DNA of 64,000 nucleotides, taken from NCBI RefSeq assembly GCF_963921235.1, contig NC_086097.1, positions 37,140,001 through 37,204,000 on the forward strand, given 5' to 3'. Below, one piece after another: positions 24,895-38,644 of the stretch (the stretch's first letter is position 1; each line of letters opens with the position of its first letter). Below the pieces are notes generated by a model. It was not told the DNA's origin and made no database searches. It saw only the letters and a list, made by a program, of their open reading frames with translations. The stretch comes from Mobula hypostoma. Taxonomy: Eukaryota. The position numbers and the translations under genes are program-made.

Positions 24895-27672
24895 TTTACT
24901 TTATACTTTATTCTCACCAAACAATTGGTACTAGGACGTACAATCATCACAGCGATATTTGATTCTTATAGTCATAGTTATACTTGACTGATCCTCAGGG
25001 AAACTGGTTTTCGTTACAGTTGCACCAACCAAGAATAGAGTATAAATACAGCAATATAAAACCATAAATAATTAAATAGTAATATGTAAATTATGCCAGG
25101 AAATGTCCAGGACCAGCCTATTGGCTCAGGGTGTCTGACCCTCCAAGGGAGGAGTTGTAAAGTTTGATGGCCACTGGCAGGAATGACTTCCTATGACGCT
25201 GTGTTGCCTCTCAGTGGAATGAGTCTCTGGCTGAATGTACTCCTGTGCCCTACCAGTACATTATGTAGTGGATGGGAGACATTGTCCAAGATGGCATGCA
25301 ACTTGGACAGCATCTTCTTTTCAGACACCACCATCAGAGAGTCCAGTTCCATCCCCACAACATCACTGGCCTTACGAATGAGTTTGTTGATTCTGTTGGT
25401 GTCTGCTACCCTCAGCCTGCTGCCCCAGCCACAACAGCAAACATGATAGCACTGGCCACCGCAGACTCGTAGAACATCCTCAGCATCGTCCGGCAGATGT
25501 TAAAGGACCTCAGAATCCTCAGAAAATAGAGGCGGCTCTGACCCTTCTTGTAGACAGCTTCAGTGTTCTTTGACCAGTCCAGTTTATTGTCAATTCGTAT
25601 CCCCAGGTATTTGTAATCCTCCACCATGTCCACACTGACCCCCTGGATGGAAACAGGGGTCACTGGTGCCTTAGCCCTCCTCAGGTCCACCACCAGCTCC
25701 TTAGACTTTTTCACATTAAGCTGCAGATAATTCTGCTCACACCATGTGACAAAGTTTCCTACCGAGTCCCGTACTCAGCCTCATCTCCCTTGATGATGCA
25801 TCCAACTATGGCAGAGTCATCAGAAAACTTCTGAGGATGACAAGACTCTGTGCAGTAGTTAAAGTCCAAGGTGTAAATGGTGAAGAGAAAGGGAGACAAG
25901 ATAGTCCCCTGTGGAGCCCCAGTGCTGCTGATCACTCTGTTGGACACATAGTGTTGCAACCACACGTACTGTGGTCTGCCAGTCAGGTAATCAATAATCT
26001 ATGACACCAGGAAAGCATCCACCTGCATGGCTGTCAGCTTCTCCCCCAACAGAGCAGGGCGGATGGTATTGAACGCACTGGAGAAGTCAAAAAACATGAC
26101 CCTCACAGTGCTCGCTGGCTTGTCCAGGTGAGCGTAAACACGGTTCAGCAGGTAGACAATGGCATCCTCAACTCCTAGTCGGGGCTGGTAGGCGAACTGG
26201 AGGGAATCTAAGTCTGGCCTAACCATAGGCCGGAGCAGCTCCAGAACAAGTCTCTCCAGGGTCTTCATGATGCGGGAGGTCAATGCCACCGGTCTGTAGT
26301 CATTGAGGCCGTTGGGGCGTGGCGTCTTCAGCACAGGGACGAGGCAGGACGTCTTCCACAGCACAGGAATCCTCTGGAAACTCAGGCTCAGGTTGAAGAT
26401 ATGGTGAAGTACTTCACATAGCTGAGGGCACAGGCTTTGAGCACCCTGGTACTGACACCATCCGGGCCTGCAGCCTTGCTTGGGTTGAGAGGCTTCAACT
26501 GTCTTCTCACCTGTCCAGCTGTGAAGCCCACCATGGTAGTTTTGTGTGGGGAAGGGGTATATTCTGCACTTCCCACTCCCTGGATTACAAATATTAAATA
26601 TTAAAAATATTTAAAATAGTTAATATCAGTAAATATTAAAAAGTTAAATTATAAATCATGAATAGAAAATTAGAAAAATGGGAAGTAAGGTAGTACAAAT
26701 AAAACCCGAGAGGCAGGTCCGGATATTTGGAGGGTACGGCCCAGATCCGAGTCAGCATCCGTTCAGCAGTATTATCACAGTTGGAAAGAAGCTGTTCCCA
26801 AATCTGGCCGTATGAATCTTCAAGCTCCTGAACCTTCTCCCGGAGAGAAGAGGAACGAAAAGTGTGTTGGCTGGGTGGGTCGTGTCCTTGTCTATCCTGG
26901 CAGCACCGCTCTGACAGCGTGCGGTGTAAAGTGAGTCCACGGACGGAAGATTGGTTTGTGTGATGTGCTGCGCTGTGTTCACGATCTTCTGCAGCTTCTT
27001 TCGGTCTTGGACAGGACAACTTCCATACCAGGTTGTGATGCACCCTAGAAGAATGCTTTCTACGGTGCATCTATAAAAATTAGTGAGGGTTTTAGGGGAC
27101 AGGCCAAATTTCTTTTGTTTTCTCAGGAAGTAAAGGCGCTAGTGGGCCTTCTTGGCAGTGAACTCTGCTTGGTTGGACCAAGTCAGGTCATTTGTGATAT
27201 TGACCCCGAGGTACTTAAAGCTTTTGACCTGTTCCACTTGCGCACCACCGATGTAAATGGGGTCGTGCGGTCCGCTACTCCTTCTAAAGTCAACAACCAA
27301 TTCCTTCGTCTTGCTGACGTTGAGGGATAGGTTATTGTCTTCACACCATGCCACCAGGTTCTTAATTCCCTCTCTGCACTCAAACTCATCATTACCCGAG
27401 ATACGGCCTACAATTGTTGTGTCATCAGCAAACTTATATATTGAATTTGATGGAAACTTGGCTACACAATCATGGGTGTACAGCGAGTACAGCAGGGGGC
27501 TGAGTACACAGCCTTGTGGGGCACCGGTGCTCAGAGTGATTGTAGAGGAGAGCTTGTCCCCTATTTTTACAGCCTGGATCCTGCCTGTGAGGAAGTTGAA
27601 GATCCAGCTGCAGATCTGAGTGCTAAGGCCCAGGTTCCGGAGCTTAGGAATCAGTTTATTTGAAATGATGGT
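24895..27672 (-). mobile_element. Rex1/Babar-like LINE family A (pieces 24895-24967 and ~26561-27672)
   Basis: [49 protein letters not shown]. The 3' UTR is split at ATTCT by family B. Confidence 0.85.
24968..26560 (-). mobile_element. Rex1/Babar-like LINE family B, RT to 3' end
   Basis: WKTSCLVPVLK..DYRPVALTS..FFDFSSAFNTI..GAPQGTILSP..KFSDD..GQSRLYFLR; (ATGACT)-like tail. Confidence 0.9.
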
Positions 27673-28892
27673 ATCATATACCTTTGGCTTCTGTACTTAC
27701 TAATAATCAGAGATCCCCTTTTTTTAGGCTTTTTTGAGGTACAAGGCCATCCTTTAAGCCCTTTACTATTTGATATTCCTTGGAACCCTTGGCAATCACT
27801 CTTCGTGATTCACCCGATGTATTTGGTATTATTCAAGGGAATGAGACGCATAAGGCATCTTTATATGCAGATGACCTGTTACTATACCTCTCTAATCCAG
27901 AGAAATCCATCCCTGTAGTAATATTATTACTCGCTCAGTTTAGTAGTTTTTCTGGTTATAAATTGAATCTTAATAAGAGTGAGCTTTTTCCATTAAATAT
28001 GCAAGTTCCAATCGATAGACAATCACCATTTACACTGGTTACTGATTATTTTACTTATTTGGGTGTTAAAATTACTAAGAAGCATAAGGATCTATTTAAA
28101 GTTAACTTTTTACCCTTAATTGATCATGTTAAACAACTGCTTACTAAATGGTCCCCACTGTCCCTATCATTGATTGGTCGATCAATGCTATTAAGATGAT
28201 TATTTTACCTAAATTTCTGTATCTATTTTAGGCGGTACCAATCTTCATCTCTAAATCCTTTTTAGATATTATTGATTCTAAAATTTCTTCATATATATGG
28301 CAGAATAAAAATCCTAGATTAAGTAAGCAATATTTACAGAGATCAAAAAAGGATGGCGGTTTGGCATTGCCGAACTTTAGATTCTATTATTGGGCAATTA
28401 ATATTCGATACCCTAACGTTCTGGACACAAGATTTGGATGAAATTCAATGTCCACAATGGGTGAACCTCGAGTGACAGTCTGTACAGGGGTTCTCATTGG
28501 CTTCTATTTTAGGGGCTTCGCTTCCCTTTGCACTCACTAAACTGAATAAACAAACGATTAATCCAATAATTAAACATACAATATGTATATGGTTTCAATT
28601 TCGTAAATTTTTTGGATTGAATAAATTTATCCTATCAAGTCCTATTATATCCAATATTTTCTTCCAACCATCCAGAACTGATCAAGCTTTTATGGAAAAT
28701 GAAGGGAATAATATGTTTTCATGATTTATTCATGGATAATTGTCTCATGTCCTTTGAACAGTTGTGTAATAAACATAATTTGCCTAAATCACATTTTTTT
28801 CAGATATTTACAGATTAGAAACTTTTTGAAGGTTATTTTACCTACTTTTCCAATATCACATCAAACTAAAATTACAGAAAATGTCTGTAGAA

Positions 28893-30152
28893 ACTATCTA
28901 CCCTATCAATGCCCTCATAGTCTTCTATATTTTTATCAGGTCATCCCTCAGCCTACTTTATTCCAGGGAAAACAAGTTCAACTTATCAAATCTCACTAAA
29001 TGACCAATGTTCTTCAATCCACGCCTTGTGCTTGTCCCTCTGATGAAATACAATGTTCATTACAAGAAAAAAGAATGCTGCAAGTATTTTATTAAGAGAA
29101 ATTCTTGAAGATGATAACACCTCTGACATTCCCAAGTATATCTTCCCTTTCGAAATTGTTGGCAATGAAATTGTGGACTGAAGATCTTTACTGCTAGTTT
29201 TAGAATTTAATGAGGATTTTGCCTGTTGCCATGCCTTGTACTTCTTTGGGACGAGAAATGAACTTCTACTTCTGGTCAACTGGGGTGGCAGAAAGATTAG
29301 CAAAAATACATTGCTATGAGATGGAGTCTAGGCCTCTGTTCTGCTCTCTCTCCACCCATAATTTCGCCATTAGGTCAGAGTTTTTTTTTATTTCAATCCC
29401 TGTACTGCTGTTTATTTGCCCTTGAATAGAGGTTGAGCTTCCAATACAGGAAAGCTTAGTTTCTTTTAAGTATTTATTGCTTAACTTCTCAGTCTCCTTA
29501 TCATTCTCATCAAACTGGTCCAGGTTCTTCTTGATAAAGAAGATGAGTTTCTACATAGGTGTCAACTAAGGCACACTTCAGGAGTTGAAAGGTTGTTTGG
29601 GAGCACCATGTGAGAAAAGCTTCCTCGTGGTTCATAAGAGATCACGGTCATGAAGTCAAGTTACAGAGTACAGAAATGGACTTTTCAGCCCATCATGTCC
29701 ATTTTACCCATCGACACTAATCCCATTTGTAGCATTAGGTCTGTACCCTACATGTCTTGTGTATTTAAGTGTATTTAAGCCTCTTAATTGTAATACATGT
29801 ATCATATTCCACCACTTCCTCAAGCAGTGGGTTCCAACATCAACTGTTCAGTGTAAAAACACTTAGGACCCCTTTAAACTCCTTCCTCTAATCTTAAGGT
29901 AATGCCTTCTGTTTTGATACCCTACTATGGGAAAAAGATTTTGACTATCTACTCTATCAATGCCCTCATAATCTTCTATATTTTTATCAGGTCATCCCTC
30001 AGCCTACTTTATTCCAGGGAAAACAAGTTCAATTTACCAAATCTCACTAAATAACCAATGCTCTTCAATCCACGTCTTGTGCTTGTCCCTCTGATGAAAT
30101 ACAATGTTCATTATAAGAAAAAAGAATGCTGCAAGTATTTTATTAAGAGAAA
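28893..30152 (+). repeat. Local direct duplication of ~209 bp (28893-29101 and 29944-30152)
   Basis: Both copies run actatcta.tctatcaatgccctcata ... gcaagtattttattaagagaaa with only scattered substitutions. Confidence 0.9.
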
Positions 30153-30720
30153 GCTCCAATTAAGAGTTTTTTTTTCTCGCTGATCACTCCTTGCCAGAGA
30201 CTGCATCTCTTCACTTCTTGCTCTGGAGGATCAGTTTTTCCTTTTAAACCAGTATTAAACTAGAAGTCTTCCTTGGCATCATCTAAAGCTTCCAGTTTTT
30301 GTATATTTGCACTGACATGCACAGCATTCTGGTTCCAACAGATCATAATTTTGGAAACTTGATGTAGTTGCAAGCTTATTCCATAAAGAAGGCATTCCTT
30401 TCCCAGCTGGCCCCTCTATTAGAAGATGTACCACCAACTGTTTATTTGTGTGATAATATTCAATGTAATAATATTGATGTCAAAGTGTCTGGGCTCCTGA
30501 CAGCATGGCAGCATTCAGATCAGTCAGTTTTGAGATTGTTCATAAAGTTTCTGATATTCCAGGTTTGAAACTCTATGAAGTATTCTGAAAACTGCCTGTG
30601 CATGATTTCTTTAAACGTGGGTGGCCTCTGCACGCCAGCTATGACGTGGCCTTCATAGAGTAAGGATGTGATCTAGTGGCAAGGAGGACCAAAGCAAATA
30701 GACACCAGGATCTAAATATA
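29102..30720 (-). mobile_element. Ancient RTE-clade LINE remnant
   Basis: Minus strand reads IKKNLDQFDENDKETEKL, resembling the RTE motif RKHQDWFDENDxEI; heavily decayed. Confidence 0.5.
29645..30030 (-). mobile_element. Old CR1 3' fragment
   Basis: acagagtacagaaatggacttttcagcccatcatgtc... same organisation as 4594-4975. Confidence 0.6.
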
Positions 30721-31226
30721 TTCCATCAATATTAAGAAAAATAAACTGCAAGATCAGGATTTCTCAGATTTATCACTCACCATATATCATCAATATATTT
30801 TGTGCAAATTCCTGATCAAAATTGTCTTAACGACAGTTAACTATTTACTAATGTTTCCAAGGGTCCTAAAATTTCTATTATTGAAAATAAAGTCAGAAAA
30901 GTGTATCAAGGTTTCGAATGAAGAACAGTAATACTGCATTAACCCCGCACCACCCATTTTGTTGTATTAATCAAGGCTTGGCTTTAGTTATAATGAAAAA
31001 ACAGCTGGCGAATATAAAACTCTAACATTATCCCATAAACCCCATAGCTGCTAAACAAGCACAGCTTACCTGAACTTCATCTCAATTCCAATTAAGGGAA
31101 TTTAAAAGTTACAAATATTCTGCCAAATTAATAATTTTGTGTAAAATGTTGTTAAATATGATTAAGCTAGAGTATGCAGCATCTGCACCATCTGTATTCA
31201 ATGAAATAAAACGCTAACATGGAGTA

Positions 31227-31837
31227 TGTAACGTTCCGTTATATTGGCTCGTGTATGTCTAGGGGAAATCCCGCCCAGCACCTGCTTCAACACTCCCCTC
31301 AGGGTCAGTCGCCGCCCGAACCAATCACAAACATCAATCATCAGCCAGCACACCCAGTAAATTTTAACAAATACACTTTATAGATATTACTAATTCTATG
31401 ACATTAATATGCATTTGATACAGAGAGGAAAGTAATGGGAAAAAAAAGGCGCCAACACTTATCAAAGTCCAAGTTCTTCACGCGCTACCGTTGGAGCTCA
31501 ATTCGACGTCAGACGACCACCCGAATTCCGTCGACTCACGGCTCGGGACCACCCTGAGTGATCGACCGGAGCCTCTCCGCACGTCCGCCGTCCTCCTCGT
31601 CTCTCCTCCGACTCCCCGCCAAAACCCAGTCCACAGTCATATCATACAGCATGTCATCCGAAAACAAAACGATTCATAACCACCCATTGGCTAATAGAAC
31701 CTTGTTATCATCATTTTAAAGTAAAACAAACTGTTAGCGCAAATTCTCTGCAGCGTTAAAACACAACAAAGCCGCATTCCCCGGATTAACATAACAAAAT
31801 CGCCATTTTAAATGTAACAAAAGAAAGACCCTGTACA
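31227..31837 (-). mobile_element. Solo LTR (probably Ty3/Gypsy)
   Basis: TGTA...TACA ends, 611 bp, perfect 4-bp TSD AGTA (31223-31226 / 31838-31841), CpG-rich core. Orientation is tentative. Confidence 0.8.
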
Positions 31838-32105
31838 AGTATTTACAGAAATGACCCGATATAAATGTAGTCCTGGATCCAATAACAACCACCATTATTC
31901 ACAAGGACCTTGCATTCTGATTTTGACTCAAATGATATAAACCTTGTCCTCTAAGAAGGCATAATTAAAATTGGAGCATAGGAAAAAAATATAAGAGTTT
32001 CTTCTTCCTTTCCCTATGGTTACAATGCATATTTCCTTTGGATCCCAACTTCTTCTTTACAGATGGCATCAAGTATCCTTCCTTACAGTACTGTATAAAG
32101 GAATA

Positions 32106-32889
32106 CAGTGGAATCCCGGTTCATTTGGACACATCAGAACCAGTACATTTTGGCCCAGTTTAAGGGCTGCCCAAATAGCCTAAGGTTTGTGGAAATAGTT
32201 CAAAAGATATACAACTGACAAACTAAGTAACAAATTGCGTACTTAAATGAAATAAAAAACAAATTAGAACACTACCAATATGATTACAGTACTATAAAAC
32301 TGTAACAGTTGCAAATAATTATCGACAGGGAAATTCATCCAGTGTTCTTTTGATTGTCTGTAAATGAAGAAAATCAATGCAGATAATGGATTGCTTTCAT
32401 ACAATGCTTTTGACGATAGTATCCTCCAAATCTTCATTTTTATTAAAACCTTTAAGATGACTGTCAATACCTTCAAACTTGTCATAGTTCCTAACTTGCT
32501 GAAGTAGTGAAATAGTTTCATTTTCACTTGCGGCCATTTCTGGCATCTCCATGCCTGAATGCTTAAAACCACAGTGAACAAAACGGTTCTAAATTGTCTT
32601 ACTACTTATTTCTCACCAACTATCAGTGACAAAAGTCACTGCTTATTGAACACAAGCACATGCAACTGACACCATTTAAAAACTGTAAGCTTTAACAGCC
32701 ACACAAATGCACGTGAATGACACAGGTAGAAACTGTTCAGCAATAGTTTCCTGCCCCAATTAAGTGGCATAATGTCCCAAATAAATGAAAGGAATCCGAC
32801 AATTTTCTCGATTAGTTTTTCTTCTTTGAGTTGTCCCAAATAAGCAGCTGCCCCGATCGACCAATGGTCCAATTAACCAGAATCCACTG
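32106..32889. mobile_element. Tc1/mariner-pogo type non-autonomous DNA transposon (MITE-like), copy 1
   Basis: TA|CAGTGGAATCCCGGTTCATTTG ... CCAATTAACCAGAATCCACTG|TA: TIRs with TA TSD. Confidence 0.85.
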
Positions 32890-33419
32890 TAAATAGCATA
32901 AAGCAATATAAACTAGGATAAGAAAAAGACGCCAGCAAAACCAATACTTGGCCGCATACCACAAAACACATCTCAAAGTAGGATTTGAATTCAGTTTCTG
33001 CATTCTCAGACTGAGATCATTTTTTCCACATAATGCTCCAATAGCACCAATCAGAGCCATATTCCCATGCATGCAATAGTCTGCAGATAGAAATACTGAT
33101 ATTGCACAAATAATCTTTGATATACAAAATTCTTTTATATTTTCACATAATTAAGCATAGCTGTCCTCCTTGGCTGATTAGGTCATGCACTGAATATCAG
33201 TGTGTGAGGAAGAGACATATTTCTTTGAAGAGGCATTTGAGGTCTTTAGTAAGTACAGAAAATGAAGAACAGGCCAACTATTTTTATTTTATAAAAAGGG
33301 GTTCAAAACAAAAAAAAGGGAACTAATCAAGAGGGAATATAATTTTGAACACCTCTTTCCCATTTCCAATCTCTGTCTCCAACTCTGGAGACAAACTGTC
33401 TACCCATATCATGAATGCT

Positions 33420-33577
33420 ATTTGTTTGCTTTTATTGTTTGTATGTTTTTTTCCCTCTGCACCTTGGGGGTACGACAGTCTTCTTTTGTTTCAATGGATT
33501 CTACTGGGTTTCATTTTTTTGTGGCTGCCTATAAGGAGATGAATCTCCAGGCTGTATAAAGTATACATACTTTGATC
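33420..33577 (+). mobile_element. Short element sharing a Rex-like 3' end
   Basis: gtggctgcctataaggagatgaatctccaggctgtata...catactttgat, also seen at 48110-48185, 52353-52450 (minus) and 63020-63092. Confidence 0.55.
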
Positions 33578-33584
33578 TTTTTAT

Positions 33585-34775
33585 AAACTGACTTACGCCC
33601 ATGGCTATCTTGACGATAGCTCTTCCTACTCTGCCTCCTGTAAAAATGCCATTCCCTTTTCTCAGTTCCTTCGCCTCCACCGCATCTGTTCCCAGGATGA
33701 CATTTTTCTTTCCAGGACATCAGAGATGTCTTCCTTCTTCAAACAATGGGGTTTCTCTTCCTCCACCATTGATGCTATCCTCACCTGTATCTCTTCAATT
33801 TCCTGAACATCCGCACTCACCCAATCTTCCCACCACGTTAACAAGAATAGTATTCCACTTGTCCTCACCTACCACCCCGTGAGTCTTCACATGCAGCACA
33901 TTATTCTCCACAACTTCCGCCATCTGCAATGGGACCGTACCACCAAGCTCATCTTTACCTATCACCATTCTATGCTTTCCACAGGGATCACCCCCTCTGT
34001 GATTCCCTCGTCAATTTGTCCCTCCCCACTAATCTCCCTCCTGGCAGTTATTCCTGTAAGTGGAAGAAGTGCTACACCTCCCTTTCAACTCCCCACTCAC
34101 CTCCATTCAGGGCCTCCATCAGTCCTTCCAGATGAGGACCTGCAAATATGTAGGGGTCATCTATTGTATCCGGTGCTCTCAATACAGCCTCCTCTACATT
34201 GGTGAGACCCGATATAGATGGGGGGGGGGGGTCAAGCACCTTTGCTCCAGAAACAGGATTTCCCTGAGGCCAACAATTTAAATTCCAATCCCCATTCCCA
34301 TTCCAACATGCTGGTCCATGGCCTCCTCTACTGCCACTATGAGGCAATTCTCAGGTAGGAAGAGCAACACACCTTATATTCCATCTGGGTAGCCTCTAAC
34401 CTGATGGCATGAAAGTCGATTTCTCCAGCCTCGGGTAATTTTTCCCCCTCCCCCCTTCTTTTTCAATTCTCCGCTCTGACCCCCATATACCTTTTCTCTT
34501 CTCCTCACCGACCTATCACTTCCTCCAGTGCCTCTCCTCCTTCCTTTTCCATGATCTACTTTCCCCTTCTATCAGATTTTTTCTTTTCCAGTCCTTTACC
34601 TTTCCCACTTATCCCCTCCAAGCTCCTCACTTAATCCCTTTACTTCATTTCCTTCATCGATTTTGACCCAAAACGTTCACTGTTTATTCATTTCTCGACA
34701 CGTTGTTTGACCTTTTGAGTTCCTCCAACATTTTGTGTGTATTGCTCAGGATTTCGAGCATCTGCAGAACCCCTT
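33585..34775 (+). mobile_element. PLE 3' half, decayed
   Basis: AIPFSQFLRLHRICS, GVIYCIRCSQYSLLYIGET, GSL.PDGM; ends gcatctgcagaac. Confidence 0.85.
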
Positions 34776-35419
34776 GGACGTAGAGCAGCCTTTCTCAACC
34801 TTTTTGCCCTGAAGGAACCCTTGAGATAATTTTCAGGTCTCAGGGAACCAAGCATAAAAATTATTATGCCTAGAGCTCACAGTACATTAGTGTGATCAGC
34901 ACGTTGTAGATATAACAATCCAAAAATAATTCTTAATGCTCTTTTGACTAGAGAATTAGTTTTTAGCAAACCTTTCTTGAAAAAAAAGATAGTTAAGGTT
35001 AGATTACCTTTCTTGAAATTAATCTTTCTTTCTCTTTCATAAATTTTAAAAACTCATAAGGCAAACATAATAAATTTCTCAATTCTGGGTTGAACTTGAG
35101 GTAAGTACACATGGATATCACCTTCTACTGAAATGATACAATTTCTATCCTTGTTCTTAATGCTTGTTAAACAAGAAAGAGCTTGCTCACTCATGTAAGA
35201 GGTTGAAAACTGCAGAAAAATGTTCATTGCTTTCCTATGAATGGAAGGATACTCTTCTTTCACAGAAATCCATAACTTATCCAGGCACAGGTCAATAAAT
35301 CTCATCTTGAGTGCATGATCAGAGTGCAGCTCACAAAGTTCTTCCTCTTCTCTCAAAGTCAAGTTCTCAGGCTGAGCAGAAGGTTCAGAGAAAGGATCTT
35401 TCACCCAGTCATACACTTA

Positions 35420-37883
35420 TACTGAGGATAAACATTGTTTCGGAGGGATAGGAAGGTCAGCAGAGGGGGTGGTATGGCTCTGCTGGTAAAGAATCGCATC
35501 AAATCAGTAGAAAGACGTGACATAGGATCGGAAGATGTTGAATCCTTGTGGGTTGAGTTAAGAAACTGCAAAGGTAAAAGGACCCTGATGGCAGTTATAT
35601 ACATGCCTCCCAACAGTAGCTGGGATGTGGACCAAAGATTACAACAGGAAATAGAAAAGGTGTGTCAAAAGGGTAATGTTATGATAGTCATAGGAGATTT
35701 CACCATACAGGTCAATTGGGAAAATCAGGTTGGAAATGGATCTCAAGAGCGTGAGTTTGTTGAATGCTTATGAGATGGCTTTTTAGAGCAGCTTGTCATT
35801 GAGACTACTAAAAAAATGAGGAAGGTGCAGGATAGAGGTATTCCAAAGACAAAGAAATACTCAAATGGCAAAATAGTACAACGGTGGCTGACAAGGGAAG
35901 TCAAAGCTAATGTAAAAGAAAAAGAGAGGGCATACAACAAAGCAAAAATTAGTGGGAAAGCAGAGGATTGGGAAGCTTTTAAAACCCTACAGAGAGCAAC
36001 TAAAAGAATCATTAGAATGGAAAAGATGAAACATGAAAGTAAGCGAGCAAACAATATCAAAGTGGAAGATAAAAGCTTTTTCAAGTATGTAAAAAATAAA
36101 AAAGAGATGAGAGTGGATATTGGACCGCAAGAAAATGAAGCTGAATAATAATAATGGGGGCCAAGGAGATGGCAGATGAACTGAATTGAGTATTTTGTAT
36201 CAGTCTTCACTGTGGAAGACATTAGCAATGTGCCAGGTGTCTTCCACAGATGTCTTGAAGGGTGTGAGGGAAGAGAAGTGAGTGCAGTTACTATTACAAG
36301 GGAGAAGGTGTTCAAAAAGCTGAAAGACCCAAGGATACGCAAGTCACCCAGACCAGATGAACTGCACCCTAGGGTTCTGAAAGAGGTAGCGGTAGAGATT
36401 GTGGAGGCAGTAGTAATGATCTTTCAACAATCGTCGGACTTTGGCATGGTGCCAGAGGACTGGACCATTGAAAATGTCACTCCACTCTTTAAGAATGGAG
36501 GGAGGCAACAGAAAGGAAAGTATAGACCAGTTAGCCTGACCTCAGTGGTTGGGAAGATGTTGGAGTCAATTGTTAAGGGTGAGGTTATGGAGTACTTGGT
36601 GACACAGAACAAGTTAGAACAAAGTCAGCATGATTTCATTAAGGAAAAACAGGAAAAGAGCCTGTTGGAATTATTTGAGGAGATTACAAATAGGATAGAT
36701 AAAGGGGATGCAGTGGATGTTGTATATTTGGACTTTCAGAAGGCCTCTGATGAGGTGCCACACATGAGGCTGCTTACTAAGTTAAGAGCCCATGGCATTA
36801 CAGGAAAGACACTGGCATGATTAGCGCATTGTCTGATTGGTAGGAGGTAGCAAGCAGGAATAAAAGGATCCTTTTCTGGTTGGTTGCTAGTGGTGTTCCG
36901 CAGGGACTGGTGTTGGGACTGCATCTTTTTATGCAGTATATCAATAATTCAGATGATGGGATAGGTGGCTTTGTTGCCAAGTTTGTAGATGATACAAAGA
37001 TTGGTAGAGGGGCAGGTAGTATTGAGGAAACAGGTAGGCTGCAGGAGGACTTCAACAGATTAGGAGAATAGGCAAGATAGTGGCAAATTAAATACAATTT
37101 TGGAAAATGCATGGTCATGTACTTTGGTAGTAGAAATAAATATGCAGACTATAGTCTAAGCAGGGAGAAAATACAAAACTCTGAGATGCAAAGGGACTTG
37201 GGAGTCCTTATGCAGTACACCCTAAAGGTTAACTTGCAGATCAAGTCGGTGGTGAGGAAGGCAAATGCAGGGTTAGCATTCATTTCAAGAGGTCTAAAAT
37301 ACAAGAGCAAGGATGTGATGCTGAGGCTTTCTAAGGCACTGGTGAGGCAGCACCTTGAGTATTGTGAACAGTTTCGGGCTCCTCATCTTAGAAAAGATGT
37401 GTTGGCATTGGACAGGGTTCAGAGGAGGTTCACAAGGATGATTCTGGGAATGTAAGGGTTATCATTTGATAGCTCTGGGTCTCTACTCACTGGAATTTAG
37501 AAGGATGAGGTGGGATCTCATTGAAACCTTTCGAATGCTTTAAGGTCTAGACACAGTAGATGTGGAAAGAATGTTTCCCATGGTGGAGAAGTCTAGGACA
37601 AGAGGGCACAGCCTCAGGATAGAGGGGCACCCTTTTAAAACAGAGATATGGAGAAATTTCTTTAGCCAGAGGGTGATGAATTGTGGAATTCATTACCATA
37701 GGCAGGTATGAAGGCCAGGTTGCTGGGTGTACTTAAGGCAGAGCTTGTAGGTTCTTGATTGGACACAGCATCAAAGGACAACGGGAAGGCCAGGGAGGGG
37801 GGAAAAAAAGGAACAGCCATGATTGAATGGAGAAACAGACTCAATGGGCCAAATGGCCTAATTCTGCTCATACGTCTTATGGT
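35420..37883 (+). mobile_element. CR1 LINE ORF2 remnant inserted in the hAT
   Basis: ORFs 35435-35773, 35816-36148, 36212-36820, 36880-37071 and 37111-37455 are collinear APE/RT pieces; 3' end tcttatggt. Confidence 0.92.
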
Positions 37884-38644
37884 AAGAACAAAACTAATGT
37901 TCTTATGGAAAGGGAAGAAAAATACTGTTCAATTTTGTTCTCCAAGTGGATTTCAATCAGACTCGAGAATTTCTGATATCCTTCCTCACTCTCAAACCCA
38001 AGCAGCAGTGGAAACATTTCAAGATTTCCTTTTGCAGCATAATTTTTCCAAAGATTCAGTTTCTTCTTAAATTCAAGAATTTTGTCACTCAAAGTCAAAA
38101 CATTTTCTCCAAGGCCTTGCAGAGACTTGCTCAACTGGTTTATATGATGAAGCATGTCTGTTAATTACGCCAGTGTCTGCAGCCATTCTTCATCTTCAAA
38201 GCACTTAGCAAAATCTGGCCAACTATTTTCTTGAAAGTACTCCTGCAATTCCCCTTTCAGCTCAAGCACCCTGTTAAGAACTTTTCCTCTGCTAAGTCAC
38301 CAGATTTCTGTATGTAGCAGAATATTGGTGTATTCTTTGCCCAGGTTTTCACACAGTTTTTTAAACATTCTAGAGTGAATTTGGTTTTAAAGATACTAAA
38401 TACCTTACTTGCTGAATCTTTTTACTGACTGTGACTTCATTTTCAAAAGCTTTAATCTGTTTGCTTTGAGATTCCAATAGTCATTTAAAATAATCAGCAC
38501 TTTCACATATCATATGGCTGTGACTTGTACAAATGGTAGTTAAGTGTCTTTTCAATTTTGCTGGTGCCATTACCGCATTTGTAAGTTGTTTGCCTCAAAC
38601 TAGGCACAATAGAATAGGACAACTTGGATCACTAGTCCATATAG

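Larger units (their letters stand above)
24395..28880 (+). mobile_element. L1-clade LINE ORF2 remnant (pieces ~24395-24894 and ~27673-28880)
   Basis: KAPGLDGY..YRPISLLNVDSKI..DQTGF..SLDAEKAFDR..WIKLIY resumes after the insertions as [34 protein letters not shown]. Confidence 0.88.

Noticed and set aside
31040..31140. Strong minus-strand donor CAG|GTAAGC at 31069 as an extra MNAT1 exon
   Set aside because: No convincing acceptor and no MAT1-like peptide; such motifs are expected by chance in 40 kb.
35054..35416. Possible ZBED/SCAND3/FAM200-like host gene
   Set aside because: Part of a TIR-bounded hAT broken by stops, deletions and LINE insertions.
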